From an uncultured Acidobacteriota bacterium (GTDB lineage: Bacteria > Acidobacteriota > Vicinamibacteria > Vicinamibacterales > 2-12-FULL-66-21), in assembly GCA_963773005.1 (NCBI GenBank), contig CAVYZR010000004.1:335272-399271 (forward strand): a DNA stretch of 64,000 nt, read 5' to 3'. Made by a program: the position numbers and the translations under genes. Shown piece by piece: positions 39,810-47,956 of this stretch. The notes below the pieces were generated by a model. The model was not told the DNA's origin and did not search any database. It saw only the letters and a program-made list of their open reading frames with translations. Each line of letters starts with the position of its first letter. Within the stretch, counting starts at the first letter, position 1.

Positions 39810-42593
39810 TTATCGAGGCTTCTTGAACGTAATCTCCTGGAACGAGAGATCCACTCCACCATACGCACCGAACGATGCGGCCGTAAACTGCTCGTAGGTG
39901 GTCCCAATCGCGGAGAGCCAGGCCCGCGAGATATCTATCGGCCCGGGATCGGCGACGCCGCCTCCTTGCGTCACGCCGACGATGGCGTCGCTACGGTTCG
40001 TGGCGCCGTAGTTGAATGTGATGTCCCCGCGCTTATCCAGCTTCACTGAGAAGTAGTTCGTGCCGGTCGCCGAGAACTCCGGCACGCTGACGTAGTGAAT
40101 CTCCAGCGCGCGGTCGGATTCTTCGGCGATAACGAGTCCGTTCGGAGCAAAGAGGTCGTCCCACAGCGGCGCGATCCGCGGTGGTCCGGCCAGGAGCTCG
40201 GCGGCCGTTTCCGTGAAGTCAGCGTTGGCGGCCCCGAACGTCAGGTTGCCGTTGCCGTTCACGAACACGCTCGACCAGTTGGTGCCTTGGAAGGGGAACG
40301 CAAAGGTCGAGAAGCCAACCTCGACGGCGTCGTCATCGCCAATTGGCAGGATGGTGCCACGGTAGCTGCTGATGTTCAGCACGTAGCGGCCGAAGTCGCC
40401 CCCGGCTCCGGTGAAGCCGAAGTCCGGAAACGTCGACACGCCCACGGCATAGATGCCGTCTACGTCAATCTGCACCAACAGCCGGGACAGTAAGCCGACG
40501 CCGCCATCGTCGTCGGCCAGCAGGAGGTTCCCCTCTGCGTCGAAGAGTCCGAGGACGGTATCCATGCTTGTCAGCCCGGGCACCGTCTCGATGGCCAGGA
40601 TGTCGCCGGCCTTGGCTCGGAAGCGGAAGAAGTCGACGTCGTTCCCGAGAGGACTGATCTCCGAGAAGCGATGTGCGGTGTTGAAGGGCAGTCGCACCAG
40701 GCCTCGCCCGCGATCATCATGGTCGTCGTGTCCGCACGACTCGGGATCGTGCTGCGGCGCGAGCAGTGGCGAATCGTTCGGCTCGAACGCGTCACGGAAG
40801 TGTCGCGGACCGTCGAACTCGAGGGTTCGGTTGGCCAGGTCGTTGTCGCTGGGCACGGCGTTGAAGATTTCGAAGATCGCGGTCTCGCCGTCACCATCGA
40901 TGGTTCGCCGCGCGGCCTTGCTGAGATCGGTCTCCCGCTCGAAGCCCGACGTGACGCGCCCGCCGCAGCTGTAGCCGGCCAGACCGTCCGTCGCCGAAAT
41001 GTTCTCGTACGCGATCGAGAACCGCCCGTCGTTATTACGACTATTACGACTGTCACGACTATTACGACTATGACGACTGCCGCGCCCGCGGTCGCCGTAG
41101 AGCGTGATCGAGAACGTGTTGCCGCCAGGGAGGTCGAATTCGGGCACGTTGGTGAACGAGACCGTGAGCGAGTGCGACGTTTCGGAGAAGGTCACCGACC
41201 CAGGCGCAGCGCTCGCGTCGAGATCGTCCCACAGCCCGGCGATGCGCGGCGGCCCGGTAAGCATCTCCGCGACGGTCTCGCTGAAGTCGGAGCTGCCGGC
41301 GCCAAAGCTCAGGCTACCGTTGGAGTTGATGAACACCGATTCATAGCGTTGCCCGCAGAAGCTCAAGGTGAAGTCCGGAAAGAGCTCGGTAGACGTGTCG
41401 TCTCCCGCTGGAATGGGACCGGGCAGAAGCCGGTTGAAGATGATGTCGATGTCGGGCGTCGTGACGCCCGCGGCGGCGACGACCGGCGTGAAGGCATTCC
41501 CCGGCGGATCAGTGATCGGATCGTTCGACTCGGTCGGACCGTTGAAGAACTCCTCGGGCCCAGGCAAAGAGCGCGGCGGCGTGCTGAAGCCGTCGATCAG
41601 AAGCTCGTCCACGTAGACAGCGTAGCTGGCGTTTGGCGTCAGCCCACGCAACGTGTAGGCGCCGACAAACGGACTGCCCGGGGCGTAGTTGACGGCGAAG
41701 TCACTCGAGATTGCCGACACCGCGTCGTCGTACGGATTGGCGATGTTGCGGGCGATGACGTTGACGCCAGTCAGGGGCGTCGTGTTGTTCGGCGCAACGA
41801 TGTTCCCGGTGATCGATCCGGTAGTGGTCGCGAAGGTGGGCTCAGGATAGAGCGTCGAGAAGATCGCGATGTCGTCGGCGTGGGGCGAGGCCTGTCCGCC
41901 ATTGATGAACAGAAACGGATACATCGTTTCGATCCGGCCGAAAAAACTCGGCGGTAGCGGAAACGTATCGAACGGCGAGGGTCCAGTCGAATCAGGGCCG
42001 ACAATGATCTGGCCGTTGACGGTGGTATGGGCGAGGTTCTGGTAGTGCCCATACTCGTGCACCTGGACCGAAAGGAACTCCGCGACTGGGAAGGCGTCGG
42101 GTCCGAGCAACGAGCCGCCGTTCATGAAGGCTACGCCTTCGACGATGGCGCCGGTCGCCGGATCGATCCACTCCGGGCTCGCGAACCCGAGCACGCCAGA
42201 GTCGGGTCCGAACAGCAACTCGAAGATTGCGCCGTCTGCGTCATACACGATGGCGCTCAGTCCATCAGGTGCGGCGGGTGAGAGATACGGCATGAAGTTC
42301 GTTTCATCGACATCGACCGGCAGTTGCCCGCGGTTGACGTGCGTCGCCGTGGCCGACGCGACGTTTGCCCAGACCTGGAACGCCGCCGTCGACTGCGCGA
42401 CCGCTTGCGCGTTGGTTAAGGGGCCAAGGCCACCCTGATCGGGATTGAACGGAATCATCCGGCCGCCGTTGGGCCAGAGAAACGGGACCCCAGCGGAGAG
42501 GAGTAGCAACGGTCCGCCCGCGTACACCTGGACCGACGTCAGCATGAAGGCAATGAGGGCGCCGACTGCCAGGACGGGATGTCTCTTATGCAT
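39810..42593 (-). CDS. Secreted metzincin-like metalloprotease with nidogen-like and PPC-like accessory domains
   Basis: HEYGHYQNLAH zinc motif plus Met-turn ETMYP; two INSNGSLSFG/VNGNGNLTFG...IA(G/P)LWDDL domains; DVDFFRF..DTVLGLFD..DDD. Confidence 0.8.
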   Translation of the reverse strand: MHKRHPVLAVGALIAFMLTSVQVYAGGPLLLLSAGVPFLWPNGGRMIPFNPDQGGLGPLTNAQAVAQSTAAFQVWANVASATATHVNRGQLPVDVDETNFMPYLSPAAPDGLSAIVYDADGAIFELLFGPDSGVLGFASPEWIDPATGAIVEGVAFMNGGSLLGPDAFPVAEFLSVQVHEYGHYQNLAHTTVNGQIIVGPDSTGPSPFDTFPLPPSFFGRIETMYPFLFINGGQASPHADDIAIFSTLYPEPTFATTTGSITGNIVAPNNTTPLTGVNVIARNIANPYDDAVSAISSDFAVNYAPGSPFVGAYTLRGLTPNASYAVYVDELLIDGFSTPPRSLPGPEEFFNGPTESNDPITDPPGNAFTPVVAAAGVTTPDIDIIFNRLLPGPIPAGDDTSTELFPDFTLSFCGQRYESVFINSNGSLSFGAGSSDFSETVAEMLTGPPRIAGLWDDLDASAAPGSVTFSETSHSLTVSFTNVPEFDLPGGNTFSITLYGDRGRGSRHSRNSRDSRNSRNNDGRFSIAYENISATDGLAGYSCGGRVTSGFERETDLSKAARRTIDGDGETAIFEIFNAVPSDNDLANRTLEFDGPRHFRDAFEPNDSPLLAPQHDPESCGHDDHDDRGRGLVRLPFNTAHRFSEISPLGNDVDFFRFRAKAGDILAIETVPGLTSMDTVLGLFDAEGNLLLADDDGGVGLLSRLLVQIDVDGIYAVGVSTFPDFGFTGAGGDFGRYVLNISSYRGTILPIGDDDAVEVGFSTFAFPFQGTNWSSVFVNGNGNLTFGAANADFTETAAELLAGPPRIAPLWDDLFAPNGLVIAEESDRALEIHYVSVPEFSATGTNYFSVKLDKRGDITFNYGATNRSDAIVGVTQGGGVADPGPIDISRAWLSAIGTTYEQFTAASFGAYGGVDLSFQEITFKKPR

Positions 42594-42599
42594 GATGAC

Positions 42600-43226
42600 C
42601 TACCTCCTGGCTCCGACGAGGTTGATGATCTGCGCGCGAAGGTCGACAAACCGCATCGGTCCTGCGGTTGGCGGCGCCGCGGAGCGCAAGGCTGCGGCGG
42701 CCGCAGCGGGCGGCTGCATGCCGCGGAAGAGCCCGGCGTTGTTGACCTCGTTGACGGCCATCTGGCTGTCACCCTTGCCGTACAGCCTGAAGCAACCCTG
42801 CCCAAGGCCGACCGTCGTCGACAGGCCGACGCCGCTTGGTTGCGTCGTGAAGACGAGATAGGTCTGGCCCACCCTCAGAACGGGCATGTCCGGCAGTGGG
42901 GATACAGATCGCATTCCCCCCACCTGGACGGTCTTCTGCTTGCCCAGCATGCGAATCTCAGCGACGCGCTCGCCCTTGACTATCGCGGTTTCGCCGAGCA
43001 GATCTTCGTCGACAGTGAGCTGATACGTGACCACCGCAAGTTGGCCGCCGCCGACCGCGAGCGTACCTTCAGTCGCAGAACGCACCGTGCCGACATAAAT
43101 CTTTTGAGCGCGTCGCGACATCTCCGCGAGGTTGAACTGCGACACGGTTGAAGCCGAGAGCGTTGTAACGGCCAGGACAACGAGCGCGGCAAGAATCGTG
43201 AGCAAGCGAGGGCGGAAGGCACGCAT
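42600..43226 (-). CDS. Secreted hypothetical protein resembling a stand-alone protease pro-domain
   Basis: RBS AGGAGG; signal peptide; NLAEMSRRAQKIYVGTV...MPVLRVGQTYLVF...VGLGQGCF. Confidence 0.75.
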   Translation of the reverse strand: MRAFRPRLLTILAALVVLAVTTLSASTVSQFNLAEMSRRAQKIYVGTVRSATEGTLAVGGGQLAVVTYQLTVDEDLLGETAIVKGERVAEIRMLGKQKTVQVGGMRSVSPLPDMPVLRVGQTYLVFTTQPSGVGLSTTVGLGQGCFRLYGKGDSQMAVNEVNNAGLFRGMQPPAAAAAALRSAAPPTAGPMRFVDLRAQIINLVGARR

Positions 43227-43475
43227 CGGTGAACCTCCTTGTGAGCCGTGGTTGAGAGGAAGGACCGACGATACGATTGATCGCGCTGTCGGCAACATCA
43301 CCACGACTGGACACGGCGCATTACGCGCCCGCCGATTATCGTTGGCTCTCAGCGGTTGTCAAGAGACAGGAAAGGCAGATCGAACGAACTCACCGAAAGG
43401 TCAGAACGACCAGCCGGCTCAGCTGCGCAGCTACAGCTACAGCCGCACACAGCCGCACACGGCGCGTCGACGCAA

Positions 43476-44816
43476 CTAGGACGAAGGGCGTGGCGTGGCG
43501 CGCGCAGCGCGCGTGGCCTGCCAGCGCGAAAACGCGTTGGTGAGAATCGCGCCGAAGCCGCTCGACCAGGCGAGAAACTCCACGGCCAAGCCAATCGTCA
43601 CGAGCAGGAAGACGAGCGGGCCGACCGTCCATCCCGCGAACGCCACGACCCTGGCGATTAGTACCGGCAGCAAGATGATCAGGATGCCCAGACAAAGATC
43701 GGCGAACGCCGAGACATTCGCCATCCCGAAGCGACGTCGCGTCCACTGTCCCACTGCGGCGGCCGTGCCGCTGAATCCGACGAGCGCCATCATCATCAGA
43801 AACAGCAGCGCGAACGGCAGAAGGATCAGCAGGGGGATCCCGACGACCGAGATCGCCAGCACCATGCCGACGAGCAGGAACACCGGCAGGATCAATGCCC
43901 AGGCGACGAAACCAACGAGCGTGGCCCGCACCGGCTCATCCGTGACGCGCTGCGCCGATCCTTCGACGGCTCGCCTCGCGACGACGAGCGCGATGCTCGC
44001 GAGGAGCGCGAGCAGCACCAGACGAAAGGTCGTGCCGACCAGGCGCGTCACCGGACCGAAGCCGCCGAAATGAAATGGGCCCCAGCCGTTCGCCCATGGG
44101 ATGTCGATCCTCGTGCCGAAGTCTCCGAGCGATACTTCAGTGACGCTTCCGCCGACCTGGGCGCCCGGATCTCGTCGCAGGCGTCCGCCGACCGAGACGA
44201 CGTCGCCATGCACCACGGCGTGAGGCCCGAGCTCGATTGTGCCGAGCACGGATACCACTTCCTGACTGACTTCCCCGTCGATGCGGACCGAGCCGAGCAC
44301 GGCTACGACCTGCCCGGTCACCTCTTCACCTTCGTGCACGACGACGTCGCCGAAGATCCGGACACGGTCACGGCCCGAACGCCGCATTGGCCGCGAAGGT
44401 GGCTCCGGCGTCGGCGGCGCCGGTGGCGTCGCTTGCGACGGCCGCTCGAGTTGCGGTTCCTTGTCCGGCGCCGGCTCGCGGGCAAAGAGCTTCCGCAGGT
44501 CGTCGCGGCCCAGATACGACAAGCGGAGAATCGTGTCCGCATCCGTGCCGAGCCGATCCCGCAGCTCGCGACCGCTGACCGCGACGCCGTTGATCGCGAT
44601 CGTGTCGGAAATCTCGATCAGCCGGACGTCGCCGCGGGGGGACTTCGGCGTAAGCGCCACGCCGACGGCCAACGGCACGACGTCGTATCGCTGTTCGATC
44701 CGCGCGCGCAACGCCTGCTGCTCGTCTGCGGGGAGCGGCTGCGCGGCGGCGCGGCCGATCGCCACGATGACGAGCATCGCCGCCGCAAGCGCCATGTGAG
44801 TGAACGCGCGTTTCAT
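43476..44816 (-). CDS. Membrane protein with bactofilin-like beta-helical repeat region and multi-TM C-terminus
   Basis: GDVVV..GQVVAVLGSVRIDG..GDVVSVGG repeats, followed by several TM helices (ISVVGIPLL). Confidence 0.8.
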   Translation of the reverse strand: MKRAFTHMALAAAMLVIVAIGRAAAQPLPADEQQALRARIEQRYDVVPLAVGVALTPKSPRGDVRLIEISDTIAINGVAVSGRELRDRLGTDADTILRLSYLGRDDLRKLFAREPAPDKEPQLERPSQATPPAPPTPEPPSRPMRRSGRDRVRIFGDVVVHEGEEVTGQVVAVLGSVRIDGEVSQEVVSVLGTIELGPHAVVHGDVVSVGGRLRRDPGAQVGGSVTEVSLGDFGTRIDIPWANGWGPFHFGGFGPVTRLVGTTFRLVLLALLASIALVVARRAVEGSAQRVTDEPVRATLVGFVAWALILPVFLLVGMVLAISVVGIPLLILLPFALLFLMMMALVGFSGTAAAVGQWTRRRFGMANVSAFADLCLGILIILLPVLIARVVAFAGWTVGPLVFLLVTIGLAVEFLAWSSGFGAILTNAFSRWQATRAARATPRPSS

Positions 44817-45329
44817 TGAAATGACTCCTCATCTGAACCAAGAAGACGCTGCAGCGCCACGAGCGCCGCGATGGCAAGCACTGAAATAGCGATCATGGCC
44901 AACGTGACGTTGGTGTCTGCGGCAACGGCCGAGGCCGCTCGCCCGAGACTCGACAAGACACCCCACACGCCCGCGCCGGTATGAAACGCCTCGGCGATGC
45001 GGACGACGGCGGCGATGAGCAGGTTGAGGAGCCCCAGGAAGGCAGCCGAGACGAGCGAGACGGCCCAACCAGAGCCGAAGTAGATCGCCGCGATCGTCGA
45101 CGCCACGGTTGCCGACAGGTACACTGGCCCTCGCCATGCGGGCCCGGCGCGCATCGACTAAAGAGGCAGCGCGGATTGCCGCCATCGTCTCGGCGGTGAA
45201 ATCCATGGACACTGGCGGCTCCTCGACGACCGACTGAAACACCGCGCCGAACGCGTCGTCCGCGTCGTCGTCTCGATCGCTCGCCTCGGCGGCTCGCCAG
45301 CGTTTGTAGCCGTCCACGTCTCCGTTCAT
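44813..45329 (-). CDS. Probable membrane anti-sigma factor; one frameshift near 45150
   Basis: Directly downstream of the ECF sigma; PPVSMDFTAETMAAI then TM helices continuing in ORF 44813..45154; ATGA overlap with the next gene. Confidence 0.65.
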
Positions 45330-45371
45330 GGCTCTATCAGGCTTACGGGGCGTTGTTGCGTTTCGTTGCAG

Positions 45372-46058
45372 TCACTCGGCCGGGGCCCAACCCGATGCGG
45401 TCAGGAGCCGCGCCAGCTCTTTCCTGGCGCGGTGGACGTGCGATCGGGCGGTGACCTCTGGCACGCCGAGAACCGTGCCGATTTCGTCGAAGGACAGTCC
45501 GTTTTCGTAGCGCAGGACAATCGCGGCACGCTCGTCGGGCCGAAGCGCGTCGAGCGCGGCCTCGAGCGCATGCCCCAGCTCCTGGCGTTCGACCGGGTCG
45601 GGCGGCTCGTCCGGCGCGTCAGCCGCTGCAGGCACGGTCTCGATGGGAACTTGCGGCGGGCGCGAGCGCCGCATCGCGTCGATGGCGGTGTTGTGCGCGA
45701 TTCGGAAGAGCCAGCTCGACAACCGTCGCGTCGTGTCGAACGCCGCGAGGCTGCGAAAGGCCTTGACGAACGTCTCCTGCGCGAGGTCCTCGGCGAGGGT
45801 CCGATCCCCGGTCATGCGGGCGATGAGGCTGATGATCGGCCGCTGGTAGCGGCGCACGATCTGCTCGAAAGCAGACTGCGAGCCGGCCAGGGCCTGTGCG
45901 ACGATCCGGGCCTCGCCTACCGTTTCCAGATCGATCGGGATGGTCTGGTCCTCTAATCCAGGCTTACGTAAAGCCGCCCGCCGGCGTTGCAGGCGAGCCA
46001 CAGAATACTGTGGAGACACGGATTGGTATACTCGGCAGTCACTGGTCGCGACCCGCAT
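45372..46058 (-). CDS. ECF-family RNA polymerase sigma factor (true start probably nearer 45950)
   Basis: AFEQIVRRYQ, AEDLAQETFVKAF, SWLFRIAHNTAID, LSFDEIGTVLGVPEVTARSHVHRAR. Confidence 0.92.
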   Translation of the reverse strand: MRVATSDCRVYQSVSPQYSVARLQRRRAALRKPGLEDQTIPIDLETVGEARIVAQALAGSQSAFEQIVRRYQRPIISLIARMTGDRTLAEDLAQETFVKAFRSLAAFDTTRRLSSWLFRIAHNTAIDAMRRSRPPQVPIETVPAAADAPDEPPDPVERQELGHALEAALDALRPDERAAIVLRYENGLSFDEIGTVLGVPEVTARSHVHRARKELARLLTASGWAPAE

Positions 46059-46069
46059 CGCCCTTACAC

Positions 46070-46834
46070 ATGGCTACTCGCACATCATCTCCAAAGGTCT
46101 TGATCCCGCTCCTGGTCCTCGTCGCGGCGGCGGCGGCAGGAGTTGTCGTCTGGCGGCCCATTACACCGACGGACGCGGCTGACGCGCTGCCGCGCGGCGC
46201 CCGCTATCTGCAAGCCGCCTACGGGCCGGCGCGCTATTCGCAGTTCGCCGAGGAATGGATCATCCGGGACTTCTTTCAGGACAAACGCGACGGCGTCTTC
46301 GTCGACGTCGGCGCCAACCACTACCGCGACTCGAGCACGACTTACTATCTAGAGAAGAATCTCGGCTGGTCCGGGCTGGCGATCGAGCCGCTCGCACAGT
46401 TCGAAGCCGACTACAAGACGCATCGACCCCGGACCACGTTCGCGCCGTTCTTCGTCGCGGACGTCTCCGACGAGACGGCAAAGATGTACGTGCTCGACGC
46501 CCACACGGTCGTCAGCTCCTCGGATCGGAAGTTCACGGAGCGGACCGGGGCCAACCCACGCGAGCTGCTCGTGCCGACGATCACGCTCAACGACCTGCTG
46601 CCGAAGCACGGCATCGACAGAATCGATTTCCTGTCGATGGACATCGAGCTGTCCGAGCCCAAGGCGCTTGCCGGATTCGACATCGGCCGCTTTCGTCCCG
46701 GCCTCGTGTGCATCGAAGCCCACGACGAAGTCAGGCAGCAGATTCTCGACTACTTCGCCCGAAACGGCTACGTCGTCGTCGGCAAGTATCTGGCAGCCGA
46801 CGAGAACAACCTGTACTTCAAGCCGGTGCAGTAA
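46070..46834 (+). CDS. FkbM-family methyltransferase with N-terminal anchor
   Basis: YSQFAEE, FVDVGAN, GWSGLAIEP, IDFLSMDIE. Confidence 0.9.
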   Translation: MATRTSSPKVLIPLLVLVAAAAAGVVVWRPITPTDAADALPRGARYLQAAYGPARYSQFAEEWIIRDFFQDKRDGVFVDVGANHYRDSSTTYYLEKNLGWSGLAIEPLAQFEADYKTHRPRTTFAPFFVADVSDETAKMYVLDAHTVVSSSDRKFTERTGANPRELLVPTITLNDLLPKHGIDRIDFLSMDIELSEPKALAGFDIGRFRPGLVCIEAHDEVRQQILDYFARNGYVVVGKYLAADENNLYFKPVQ

Positions 46835-46885
46835 CCAGAGCCACGGAATACACGGAAGGCACGGATCACTCAGAGTCTTCTGACG

Positions 46886-46908
46886 TAGTGTCCGGCTTCA
46901 GCCGGACT
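46886..46908. repeat. REP-like palindrome GTAGTGTCCGGCTTCAGCCGGAC
   Basis: GTAG tetranucleotide followed by a GTCCGGCT/AGCCGGAC hairpin, between convergent genes. Confidence 0.65.
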
Positions 46909-46945
46909 TCCACTGATATCGACACTGCACACGCTGTGAGGGCCG

Positions 46946-47905
46946 TCAATAGACATCGAGATCGCGACCGATGACGAAGTGGCCGGCGTAGTGCTTCATC
47001 ATGTCGGCCTGCAGCTCCTCGGGCGACAGACTGTTGTAGTGGTAGAGGATGAGCAGGCGCGGCTTGGCCTGACGTGCCAGTTCCGCGAGTTGCTCGGTCG
47101 TGGTGTGGTATTTCTCCGAAAAGCGTCGAAACGTCCCGGCTGGCGCGCCGCCAGCTTCGGGACGCGCGGCGAGCCATGCGCTCGTGTGGACTTCGTGAAT
47201 CAGGACATCGCAGCCGCGGCAGGCATCGATCGTGGCCTGTGCCGGGTTCGTGTCGCCGGAAATCACGACGCTCCGATCCGGTGTGTCGAACCGGTATCCG
47301 TAGCTCTCCATGGCGTGCTTCGTCGCAAACGCCGTCACTGTAACGTTCTCGTCCTTGTACACGACTCCGGCAGTGATTTCGTGTGCGTTCACCTTGTAGC
47401 CGTCCGGGAACGTTCGCTGGTTACCATCCGCGTTGGTCCGTGTGTCGATGTCCACTCTATAGGCCTCAATCAGATGTTGCGTCATCTCCTTGAGACCTCG
47501 AGGACCGTAAACGTCGAGCGGGACGCGGCGCCCCAGCGTCCAGGGGCTGAAGATCAAGTCCGCGTACCCCACCGTATGGTCGGAATGCAGGTGGGTCACG
47601 AAAGCGCGCTGGAGCCTCGTTGGCTGAAGGGCTGGAATACTTCTACTGGTCGCCGCGGCGGACGCGCGGCGCACGACGCCGGGTCCGAAATCGACGAGAT
47701 AGGCTGTGTCGTTCACCACGATCGCCGTGGCGGGACCCGATCGATCCGGTGTCGCGGCCGGCGTTCCAGTGCCCAGCAGGACAACCTTCGACGACGCGGA
47801 TGGCGAGGCGTTTGGCGGCTGCTGGCCGGCGTGGACCGCGATAACGAGGCCGCACACGGCCACTACGGGCCGCACGGTTCTGGCCAGCACATCGTGATGA
47901 GTCAT
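46946..47905 (-). CDS. MBL-fold metallo-hydrolase (RNase Z/AtsA-like), secreted
   Basis: LLGTGTP, VDFGPG, THLHSDH, ISGDT, LIHE, YHT. Confidence 0.9.
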   Translation of the reverse strand: MTHHDVLARTVRPVVAVCGLVIAVHAGQQPPNASPSASSKVVLLGTGTPAATPDRSGPATAIVVNDTAYLVDFGPGVVRRASAAATSRSIPALQPTRLQRAFVTHLHSDHTVGYADLIFSPWTLGRRVPLDVYGPRGLKEMTQHLIEAYRVDIDTRTNADGNQRTFPDGYKVNAHEITAGVVYKDENVTVTAFATKHAMESYGYRFDTPDRSVVISGDTNPAQATIDACRGCDVLIHEVHTSAWLAARPEAGGAPAGTFRRFSEKYHTTTEQLAELARQAKPRLLILYHYNSLSPEELQADMMKHYAGHFVIGRDLDVY

Positions 47906-47956
47906 CGCGTCTCTCGTCTCGTCAGCGATACGGCCCTGTGCCGGATACCCCCTGTC

